Shown here: piece after piece, positions 52,901-64,000 of the stretch
How the letters are laid out: the number at the start of each line of letters is the position of its first letter
Numbering within the stretch: position 1 is the stretch's first letter
Assembly: GCF_009914755.1 (NCBI RefSeq)
Contig: NC_060939.1
Length of the DNA stretch: 64,000 bases
Strand: one strand, 5' to 3'
Source: the human T2T-CHM13v2.0 reference genome, Homo sapiens
Made by a program: the position numbers and the translations under genes
Notes under the pieces: generated by a model
Told to the model about the DNA's origin: nothing
Databases searched by the model: none
The model's input: the letters and a program-made list of their open reading frames with translations, nothing else

Positions 52901-55900
52901 CATTCGGTACCATTCCATATTGTTCCATTCGATTCCATTCGAATCCATTCCATTCCAGTCCATTCCATTCGATTCCATTCCATTCATTTCAATTCCATTC
53001 CATTCCATTCCATTACATTCCACTTGATTCCTCTCCATTCCCTTCCACTGCATTCCGTTCGATTCCATTCCATTGCATTGCATTCCATTCCATTGGATTG
53101 CATTCCATTCGATTCCATTCCATTCGAATCAATTACGTAGCAATCCATTACATTCGAGTCTATTCTCTTCCGTTCCATTCGATTTCGTTCCAATCCATTC
53201 GATTCCATTCCATTCGATTCCATTCCATACTATTGCATTCCATTCGATTACATTATATTCGAATAAGTTCCATTCAAGACCATTTCTTTTGAGTCCATTC
53301 TATTTGAGTCCATTCCCTTTGATTCCATAACATTTGAGTCCATTCAATTCCATTCCTTTCGTTTCCATTCCATTTGATGCCATTCCATTCAATTCTGTTC
53401 TACTCGACTCCAATACATTCAATTCCATTCCATCCGATTCCATTACATTCTTTTCATTTCTTATCCATTTCAAGCCATTCCACTCCATTCCATTCCACTC
53501 GTTTCCTTTCCATTCGAGTCCATTCCTCTCCAGTCCATTCCGTTCAATCCATTCCATTCCAGTCCATTCCATTCGAGTCCGTTCCATTCCAGTCCATTCC
53601 ATTCGAGTCAATTCCATTCCATTCGATGTCTTTCCATAACGATCCATTCCATTCTATTCCTTTCGATTCCATTCCATTCTATTTCATTCCATTCGATTCC
53701 CTTCCATTGGACTCCTTTCCATTCGAGTGCATTCCATTCCGTTCCATTTCTTTCCGTTCTGTACGATTCCTACCGTTCGATTTCATTTTCTTCCAGTCCA
53801 TTCTTTCGCGTCCATTCCATTCCATTTCACTCCATTCGATTCCATTCCACTCGATTCCACTTCGTTCCATTTCATTGCATTCCATTCTATTCAACTCTAT
53901 TGCCTTCCATTCCATTCCATTCGATTACATTCCATGCGATTCCATTCCAAATCGAATCAATTACATTGTAATCCATTACTATTGAGTCCGTTTTATTCCA
54001 GTCCACTGCATTCTGGTCCATTCCATTTGATTCCATTCCATTCTATTCCATTCCATACAGTTGCATTCCATTGGATTCCATGCTATATCTATAAATTCAA
54101 TTCGAGACCATTGCTTTTGAGTCCATTCTATATGATTCCATTCCATTCAAGTCCATTACATTTGGTTAAATTCCATTCCATTCGGTTCAATTCCATTCCA
54201 TTCCATTCCCTTCCATTCCATTCCAGTTGATATCAATCCATTCGATTCCATTCCATTCGAGCACATTCCATTCGAGTCCATTCCATTCGATGCCATTCCA
54301 TTTGATTCTATTCCATTAGTCTCCATTCAATTCCATTAATCTCCATTCCATTCCATTCTACTCCAACTGATTCCATTCCATTCTATTCCTTTCCATTCCA
54401 TTTCATTCCATTCCATTCCATTGCATTCCATTCCATTCCATTCCATTCGTGTCCATTCCACTCCAGTCCATTCCATTCGTATCCATTCCATTCCAGTCCA
54501 TTCCATTTGTGTCCACTGCATTCCATTCCACTCCATTCCATATTATTCCATTACACTCCATTCCATTCTATTACTTTCATTTCCATTCAATTCCATTCCA
54601 TTTGATTCCATTCCACTCGGTTTCATTCCATTTGAGTCCACTCCATTCCATTCCATTCCATTCAGTTCCATTCCATTCTGTTCCATTCCATTCCGTTCCA
54701 TTACATTCCATTCCATTCGGTACCATTCCATATTGTTCCATTCGATTCCATTCGAATCCATTCCATTCCAGTCCATTCCATTCGATTCCATTCCATTCAT
54801 TTCAATTCCATTCCATTCCATTCCATTACATTCCACTTGATTCCTCTCCATTCCCTTCCACTGCATTCCGTTCGATTCCATTCCATTGCATTGCATTCCA
54901 TTCCATTGGATTGCATTCCATTCGATTCCATTCCATTCGAATCAATTACATAGCAATCCATTACATTCGAGTCTATTCTCTTCCGTTCCATTCGATTTCG
55001 TTCCAATCCATTCGATTCCATTCCATTCGATTCCATTCCATACTATTGCATTCCATTCGATTACATTATATTCGAATAAGTTCCATTCAAGACCATTTCT
55101 TTTGAGTCCATTCTATTTGAGTCCATTCCCTTTGATTCCATAACATTTGAGTCCATTCAATTCCATTCCTTTCGTTTCCATTCCATTTGATGCCATTCCA
55201 TTCAATTCTGTTCTACTCGACTCCAATACATTCAATTCCATTCCATCCGATTCCATTACATTCTTTTCATTTCTTATCCATTTCAAGCCATTCCACTCCA
55301 TTCCATTCCACTCGTTTCCTTTCCATTCGAGTCCATTCCTCTCCAGTCCATTCCGTTCAATCCATTCCATTCCAGTCCATTCCATTCGAGTCCGTTCCAT
55401 TCCAGTCCATTCCATTCGAGTCAATTCCATTCCATTCGATGTCTTTCCATAACGATCCATTCCATTCTATTCCTTTCGATTCCATTCCATTCTATTTCAT
55501 TCCATTCGATTCCCTTCCATTGGACTCCTTTCCATTCGAGTGCATTCCATTCCGTTCCATTTCTTTCCGTTCTGTACGATTCCTACCGTTCGATTTCATT
55601 TTCTTCCAGTCCATTCTTTCGCGTCCATTCCATTCCATTTCACTCCATTCGATTCCATTCCACTCGATTCCACTTCGTTCCATTTCATTGCATTCCATTC
55701 TATTCAACTCTATTGCCTTCCATTCCATTCCATTCGATTACATTCCATGCGATTCCATTCGAAATCGAATCAATTACATTGCAATCCATTACTATTGAGT
55801 CCGTTTTATTCCAGTCCACTGCATTCTGGTCCATTCCATTTGATTCCATTCCATTCTATTCCATTCCATACAGTTGCATTCCATTGGATTCCATGCTATA

Positions 55901-58900
55901 TCTATAAATTCAATTCGAGACCATTGCTTTTGAGTCCATTCTATATGATTCCATTCCATTCAAGTCCATTACATTTGGTTAAATTCCATTCCATTCGGTT
56001 CAATTCCATTCCATTCCATTCCCTTCCATTCCATTCCAGTTGATATCAATCCATTCGATTCCATTCCATTCGAGCACATTCCATTCGAGTCCATTCCATT
56101 CGATGCCATTCCATTTGATTCTATTCCATTAGTCTCCATTCAATTCCATTAATCTCCATTCCATTCCATTCTACTCCAACTGATTCCATTCCATTCTATT
56201 CCTTTCCATTCCATTTCATTCCATTCCATTCCATTCCATTCCATTCCATTCCATTCCATTCGTGTCCATTCCACTCCAGTCCATTCCATTCGTATCCATT
56301 CCATTCCAGTCCATTCCATTTGTGTCCACTGCATTCCATTCCACTCCATTCCATATTATTCCATTACACTCCATTCCACTCTATTACTTTCATTTCCATT
56401 CAATTCCATTCCATTTGATTCCATTCCACTCGGTTTCATTCCATTTGAGTCCACTCCATTCCATTCCATTCCATTCAGTTCCATTCCATTCTGTTCCATT
56501 CCATTCCGTTCCATTACATTCCATTCCATTCGGTACCATTCCATATTGTTCCATTCGATTCCATTCGAATCCATTCCATTCCAGTCCATTCCATTCGATT
56601 CCATTCCATTCATTTCAATTCCATTCCATTCCATTCCATTACATTCCACTTGATTCCTCTCCATTCCCTTCCACTGCATTCCGTTCGATTCCATTCCATT
56701 GCATTGCATTCCATTCCATTGGATTGCATTCCATTCGATTCCATTCCATTCGAATCAATTACATAGCAATCCATTACATTCGAGTCTATTCTCTTCCGTT
56801 CCATTCGATTTCGTTCCAATCCATTCGAATCCATTCCATTCGATTCCATTCCATACTATTGCATTCCATTCGATTACATTATATTCGAATAAGTTCCATT
56901 CAAGACCATTTCTTTTGAGTCCATTCTATTTGAGTCCATTCCCTTTGATTCCATAACATTTGAGTCCATTCAATTCCATTCCTTTCGTTTCCATTCCATT
57001 TGATGCCATTCCATTCAATTCTGTTCTACTCGACTCCAATACATTCAATTCCATTCCATCCGATTCCATTACATTCTTTTCTTTCCTTATCCATTTCAAG
57101 CCATTCCACTCCATTCCATTCCACTCGTTTCCTTTCCATTCGAGTCCATTCCTCTCCAGTCCATTCCGTTCAATCCATTCCATTCCAGTCCATTCCATTC
57201 GAGTCCGTTCCATTCCAGTCCATTCCATTCGAGTCAATTCCATTCCATTCGATGTCTTTCCATAACGATCCATTCCATTCTATTCCTTTCGATTCCATTC
57301 CATTCTATTTCATTCCATTCGATTCCCTTCCATTGGACTCCTTTCCATTCGAGTGCATTCCATTCCGTTCCATTTCTTTCCGTTCTGTACGATTCCTACC
57401 GTTCGATTTCATTTTGTTCCAGTCCATTCTTTCGCGTCCATTCCATTCCATTTCACTCCATTCGATTCCATTCCACTCGATTCCACTTCGTTCCATTTCA
57501 TTGCATTCCATTCTATTCAACTCTATTGCCTTCCATTCCATTCCATTCGATTACATTCCATGCGATTCCATTCGAAATCGAATCAATTACATTGCAATCC
57601 ATTACTATTGAGTCCGTTTTATTCCAGTCCACTGCATTCTGGTCCATTCCATTTGATTCCATTCCATTCTATTCCATTCCATACAGTTGCATTCCATTGG
57701 ATTCCATGCTATATCTATAAATTCAATTCGAGACCACTGCTTTTGAGTCCATTCTATATGATTCCATTCCATTCAAGTCCATTACATTTGGTTAAATTCC
57801 ATTCCATTCGGTTCAATTCCATTCCATTCCATTCCCTTCCATTCCATTCCAGTTGATATCAATCCATTCGATTCCATTCCATTCGAGCACATTCCATTCG
57901 AGTCCATTCCATTCGATGCCATTCCATTTGATTCTATTCCATTAGTCTCCATTCAATTCCATTAATCTCCATTCCATTCCATTCTACTCCAACTGATTCC
58001 ATTCCATTCTATTCCTTTTTATTCCATTTCATTCCATTCCATTCCATTCCATTCCATTCCATTCGTGTCCATTCCACTCCAGTCCATTCCATTCGTATCC
58101 ATTCCATTCCAGTCCATTCCATTTGTGTCCACTGCATTCCATTCCACTCCATTCCATATTATTCCATTACACTCCATTCCATTCTATTACTTTCATTTCC
58201 ATTCAATTCCATTCCATTTGATTCCATTCCACTCGGTTTCATTCCATTTGAGTCCACTCCATTCCATTCCATTCCATTCAGTTCCATTCCATTCTGTTCC
58301 ATTCCATTCCGTTCCATTACATTCCATTCCATTCGGTACCATTCCATATTGTTCCATTCGATTCCATTCGAATCCATTCCATTCCAGTCCATTCCATTCG
58401 ATTCCATTCCATTCATTTCAATTCCATTCCATTCCATTCCATTACATTCCACTTGATTCCTCTCCATTCCCTTCCACTGCATTCCGTTCGATTCCATTCC
58501 ATTGCATTGCATTCCATTCCATTGGATTGCATTCCATTCGATTCCATTCCATTCGAATCAATTACATAGCAATCCATTACATTCGAGTCTATTCTCTTCC
58601 GTTCCATTCGATTTCGTTCCAATCCATTCGATTCCATTCCATTCGATTCCATTCCATACTATTGCATTCCATTCGATTACATTATATTCGAATAAGTTCC
58701 ATTCAAGACCATTTCTTTTGAGTCCATTCTATTTGAGTCCATTCCCTTTGATTCCATAACATTTGAGTCCATTCAATTCCATTCCTTTCGTTTCCATTCC
58801 ATTTGATGCCATTCCATTCAATTCTGTTCTACTCGACTCCAATACATTCAATTCCATTCCATCCGATTCCATTACATTCTTTTCATTTCTTATCCATTTC

Positions 58901-61900
58901 AAGCCATTCCACTCCATTCCATTCCACTCGTTTCCTTTCCATTCGAGTCCATTCCTCTCCAGTCCATTCCGTTCAATCCATTCCATTCCAGTCCATTCCA
59001 TTCGAGTCCGTTCCATTCCAGTCCATTCCATTCGAGTCAATTCCATTCCATTCGATGTCTTTCCATAACGATCCATTCCATTCTATTCCTTTCGATTCCA
59101 TTCCATTCTATTTCATTCCATTCGATTCCCTTCCATTGGACTCCTTTCCATTCGAGTGCATTCCATTCCGTTCCATTTCTTTCCGTTCTGTACGATTCCT
59201 ACCGTTCGATTTCATTTTCTTCCAGTCCATTCTTTCGCGTCCATTCCATTCCATTTCACTCCATTCGATTCCATTCCACCCGATTCCACTTCGTTCCATT
59301 TCATTGCATTCCATTCTATTCAACTCTATTGCCTTCCATTCCATTCCATTCGATTACATTCCATGCGATTCCATTCGAAATCGAATCAATTACATTGCAA
59401 TCCATTACTATTGAGTCCGTTTTATTCCAGTCCACTGCATTCTGGTCCATTCCATTTGATTCCATTCCATTCTATTCCATTCCATACAGTTGCATTCCAT
59501 TGGATTCCATGCTATATCTATAAATTCAATTCGAGACCATTGCTTTTGAGTCCATTCTATATGATTCCATTCCATTCAAGTCCATTACATTTGGTTCAAT
59601 TCCATTCCATTCCATTCCCTTCCATTCCATTCCAGTTGATATCAATCCATTCGATTCCATTCCATTCGAGCACATTCCATTCGAGTCCATTCCATTCGAT
59701 GCCATTCCATTTGATTCTATTCCATTAGTCTCCATTCAATTCCATTAATCTCCATTCCATTCCATTCTACTCCAACTGATTCCATTCCATTCTATTCCTT
59801 TCCATTCCATTTCATTCCATTCCATTCCATTTCATTCCATTCCATTCCATTCGTGTCCATTCCACTCCAGTCCATTCCATTCGTGTCCATTCCATTCCAG
59901 TCCATTCCATTTGTGTCCACTGCATTCCATTCCACTCCATTCCATATTATTCCATTACACTCCATTCCATTCTATTACTTTCATTTCCATTCAATTCCAT
60001 TCCATTTGATTCCATTCCACTCGGTTTCATTCCATTTGAGTCCACTCCATTCCATTCCATTCCATTCAGTTCCATTCCATTCTGTTCCATTCCATTCCGT
60101 TCCATTACATTCCATTCCATTCGGTACCATTCCATATTGTTCCATTCGATTCCATTCGAATCCATTCCATTCCAGTCCATTCCATTCGATTCCATTCCAT
60201 TCATTTCAATTCCATTCCATTCCATTCCATTACATTCCACTTGATTCCTCTCCATTCCCTTCCACTGCATTCCGTTCGATTCCATTCCATTGCATTGCAT
60301 TCCATTCCATTGGATTGCATTCCATTGGATTGCATTCCATTCGATTCCATTCCATTCGAATCAATTACGTAGCAATCCATTACATTCGAGTCTATTCTCT
60401 TCCGTTCCATTCGATTTCGTTCCAATCCATTCGATTCCATTCCATTCGATTCCATTCCATACTATTGCATTCCATTCGATTACATTATATTCGAATAAGT
60501 TCCATTCAAGACCATTTCTTTTGAGTCCATTCTATTTGAGTCCATTCCCTTTGATTCCATAACATTTGAGTCCATTCAATTCCATTCCTTTCGTTTCCAT
60601 TCCATTTGATGCCATTCCATTCAATTCTGTTCTACTCGACTCCAATACATTCAATTCCATTCCATCCGATTCCATTACATTCTTTTCATTTCTTATCCAT
60701 TTCAAGCCATTCCACTCCATTCCATTCCACTCGTTTCCTTTCCATTCGAGTCCATTCCTCTCCAGTCCATTCCGTTCAATCCATTCCATTCCAGTCCATT
60801 CCATTCGAGTCCGTTCCATTCCAGTCCATTCCATTCGAGTCAATTCCATTCCATTCGATGTCTTTCCATAACGATCCATTCCATTCTATTCCTTTCGATT
60901 CCATTCCATTCTATTTCATTCCATTCGATTCCCTTCCATTGGACTCCTTTCCATTCGAGTGCATTCCATTCCGTTCCATTTCTTTCCGTTCTGTACGATT
61001 CCTACCGTTCGATTTCATTTTGTTCCAGTCCATTCCTTTCGCGTCCATTCCATTCCATTTCACTCCATTCGATTCCATTCCACTCGATTCCACTTCGTTC
61101 CATTTCATTGCATTCCATTCTATTCAACTCTATTGCCTTCCATTCCATTCCATTCGATTACATTCCATGCGATTCCATTCGAAATCGAATCAATTACATT
61201 GCAATCCATTACTATTGAGTCCGTTTTATTCCAGTCCACTGCATTCTGGTCCATTCCATTTGATTCCATTCCATTCTATTCCATTCCATACAGTTGCATT
61301 CCATTGGATTCCATGCTATATCTATAAATTCAATTCGAGACCATTGCTTTTGAGTCCATTCTATATGATTCCATTCCATTCAAGTCCATTACATTTGGTT
61401 AAATTCCATTCCATTCGGTTCAATTCCATTCCATTCCATTCCCTTCCATTCCATTCCAGTTGATATCAATCCATTCGATTCCATTCCATTCGAGCACATT
61501 CCATTCGAGTCCATTCCATTCGATGCCATTCCATTTGATTCTATTCCATTAGTCTCCATTCAATTCCATTAATCTCCATTCCATTCCATTCTACTCCAAC
61601 TGATTCCATTCCATTCTATTCCTTTCCATTCCATTTCATTCCATTCCATTCCATTGCATTCCATTCCATTCCATTCCATTCGTGTCCATTCCACTCCAGT
61701 CCATTCCATTCGTATCCATTCCATTCCAGTCCATTCCATTTGTGTCCACTGCATTCCATTCCACTCCATTCCATATTATTCCATTACACTCCATTCCATT
61801 CTATTACTTTCATTTCCATTCAATTCCATTCCATTTGATTCCATTCCACTCGGTTTCATTCCATTTGAGTCCACTCCATTCCATTCCATTCCATTCAGTT

Positions 61901-64000
61901 CCATTCCATTCTGTTCCATTCCATTCCGTTCCATTACATTCCATTCCATTCGGTACCATTCCATATTGTTCCATTCGATTCCATTCGAATCCGTTCCATT
62001 CCAGTCCATTCCATTCGATTCCATTCCATTCATTTCAATTCCATTCCATTCCATTCCATTACATTCCACTTGATTCCTCTCCATTCCCTTCCACTGCATT
62101 CCGTTCGATTCCATTCCATTGCATTGCATTCCATTCCATTGGATTGCATTCCATTCGATTCCATTCCATTCGAATCAATTACATAGCAATCCATTACATT
62201 CGAGTCTATTCTCTTCCGTTCCATTCGATTTCGTTCCAATCCATTCGATTCCATTCCATTCGATTCCATTCCATACTATTGCATTCCATTCGATTACATT
62301 ATATTCGAATAAGTTCCATTCAAGACCATTTCTTTTGAGTCCATTCTATTTGAGTCCATTCCCTTTGATTCCATAACATTTGAGTCCATTCAATTCCATT
62401 CCTTTCGTTTCCATTCCATTTGATGCCATTCCATTCAATTCTGTTCTACTCGACTCCAATACATTCAATTCCATTCCATCCGATTCCATTACATTCTTTC
62501 CATTTCTTATCCATTTCAAGCCATTCCACTCCATTCCATTCCACTCGTTTCCTTTCCATTCGAGTCCATTCCTCTCCAGTCCATTCCGTTCAATCCATTC
62601 CATTCCAGTCCATTCCATTCGAGTCCGTTCCATTCCAGTCCATTCCATTCGAGTCAATTCCATTCCATTCGATGTCTTTCCATAACGATCCATTCCATTC
62701 TATTCCTTTCGATTCCATTCCATTCTATTTCATTCCATTCGATTCCCTTCCATTGGACTCCTTTCCATTCGAGTGCATTCCATTCCGTTCCATTTCTTTC
62801 CGTTCTGTACGATTCCTACCGTTCGATTTCATTTTCTTCCAGTCCATTCTTTCGCGTCCATTCCATTCCCTTTCACTCCATTCGATTCCATTCCACTCGA
62901 TTCCACTTCGTTCCATTTCATTGCATTCCATTCTATTCAACTCTATTGCCTTCCATTCCATTCCATTCGATTACATTCCATGCGATTCCATTCGAAATCG
63001 AATCAATTACATTGCAATCCATTACTATTGAGTCCGTTTTATTCCAGTCCACTGCATTCTGGTCCATTCCATTTGATTCCATTCCATTCTATTCCATTCC
63101 ATACAGTTGCATTCCATTGGATTCCATGCTATATCTATAAATTCAATTCGAGACCATTGCTTTTGAGTCCATTCTATATGATTCCATTCCATTCAAGTCC
63201 ATTACATTTGGTTAAATTCCATTCCATTCGGTTCAATTCCATTCCATTCCATTCCCTTCCATTCCATTCCAGTTGATATCAATCCATTCGATTCCATTCC
63301 ATTCGAGCACATTCCATTCGAGTCCATTCCATTCGATGCCATTCCATTTGATTCTATTCCATTAGTCTCCATTCAATTCCATTAATCTCCATTCCATTCC
63401 ATTCTACTCCAACTGATTCCATTCCATTCTATTCCTTTCCATTCCATTTCATTCCATTCCATTCCATTCCATTCCATTCCATTCCATTCGTGTCCATTCC
63501 ACTCCAGTCCATTCCATTCGTATCCATTCCATTCCAGTCCATTCCATTTGTGTCCACTGCATTCCATTCCACTCCATTCCATATTATTCCATTACACTCC
63601 ATTCCATTCTATTACTTTCATTTCCATTCAATTCCATTCCATTTGATTCCATTCCACTCGGTTTCATTCCATTTGAGTCCACTCCATTCCATTCCATTCC
63701 ATTCAGTTCCATTCCATTCTGTTCCATTCCATTCCGTTCCATTACATTCCATTCCATTCGGTACCATTCCATATTGTTCCATTCGATTCCATTCGAATCC
63801 ATTCCATTCCAGTCCATTCCATTCGATTCCATTCCATTCATTTCAATTCCATTCCATTCCATTACATTACATTCCACTTGATTCCTCTCCATTCCCTTCC
63901 ACTGCATTCCGTTCGATTCCATTCCATTGCATTGCATTCCATTCCATTGGATTGCATTCCATTCGATTCCATTCCATTCGAATCAATTACATAGCAATCC

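Larger units (their letters stand above)
34186..62800 (+). repeat. Large higher-order duplication: block of ~7 units (~34.2-46.45 kb) recopied at ~50.5-62.8 kb (offset 16343-16348 bp)
   Basis: At least seven private markers recur in order at +16343/16348: 35 bp duplication (34186/50529), gattctactcc (~36148/~52491), ttccaaatc and cattgtaatcc (~37602/~53945), gagaccactgc (~41382/~57730), cacccgattc (~42929/~59277), 15 bp duplication (43961/60309) and ttctttccatttc (~46151/~62494). Confidence 0.9.
672..63765 (+). repeat. Tandem ~1.8 kb KpnI-defined unit (36 KpnI sites, 35 intervals, mean about 1802 bp), consistent with D15Z1 / HSat3A5 of chr15p
   Basis: GGTACC occurs once per unit (672, 2451, 4245, 6038, 7851, 9653, 11461 ... 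60123, 61952, 63760). Distinctive motifs (ctatatctataaattc, gttctgtacgattcctaccg, ttcgcgtcc, tttcaagcc) recur at the same period. Anchor-to-anchor lengths from the ORF track are 1769-1838 bp. A 1.8 kb KpnI Satellite III repeat is the known description of D15Z1; the locus assignment is not alignment-verified. Confidence 0.85.
1..64000 (+). repeat. Human Satellite 3 (HSat3 / Satellite III) array of diverged (CATTC)n/(GGAAT)n pentamers, running off both window ends
   Basis: Continuous CATTC pentamers with CATTCGATTC, CATTT and CAGTC variants across the full window, including pure runs of up to 10 copies. It lacks the recurrent GATGAT/ATGATG interruptions typical of HSat2. One orientation throughout. 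Confidence 0.97.

Noticed and set aside
672-63765. Regularly spaced conserved motifs resembling a CRISPR-like or cassette array
   Set aside because: The intervening sequences are near-identical copies, not unique spacers, and there are no associated genes.
294-63937. Hundreds of ORFs of 60-308 aa (HSIPF- and MEWNG-rich)
   Set aside because: (CATTC)n has no stop codons in any frame and translates to a 5-residue cycle. The ORFs overlap in all frames, repeat with the unit, and are freely frameshifted between copies, so there is no evidence of coding.
1-64000. Assignment to the HSat2 1.77 kb (chr1) or DYZ1 3.6 kb (chrY) families
   Set aside because: There is no GATGAT-type HSat2 signature. The base period is 1.8 kb with KpnI, and the 3567 bp spacing is only a local dimer of near-identical units.
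1-64000. Inversion, Alu/L1 insertion or unique island within the array
   Set aside because: No switch to GGAAT on the + strand, no poly(A) and no non-satellite stretch were seen. All unit spacings fall within 1769-1838 bp, leaving no room for an insertion.

Overview
The whole 64 kb window is one uninterrupted Human Satellite 3 type (CATTC)n array, with the C-rich strand on +. It is a tandem array of about 35.5 copies of a ~1.8 kb unit (1769-1838 bp, mean about 1802 bp), with one KpnI site (GGTACC) per unit. This fits the classical 1.8 kb KpnI Satellite III family D15Z1 (HSat3A5) of the chromosome 15 short arm, though chromosome and species are inferred, not proven. I see no genes, transposon insertions, inversions or unique sequence. 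All ORFs are translation artefacts of the pentamer (HSIPF/MEWNG). I found no new gene-encoded system. The notable signal is hierarchical repeat structure: 5 bp pentamer, a diverged ~0.83-0.97 kb internal half-unit, the 1.8 kb unit, and local higher-order repeats (a 3567 bp dimer, a ~5350 bp trimer, and a 12,697 bp heptamer interrupted by a 3646 bp dimer). There is also a unit-subtype switch near 31 kb, chimeric units, and a site of stepwise 20/35 bp expansion.
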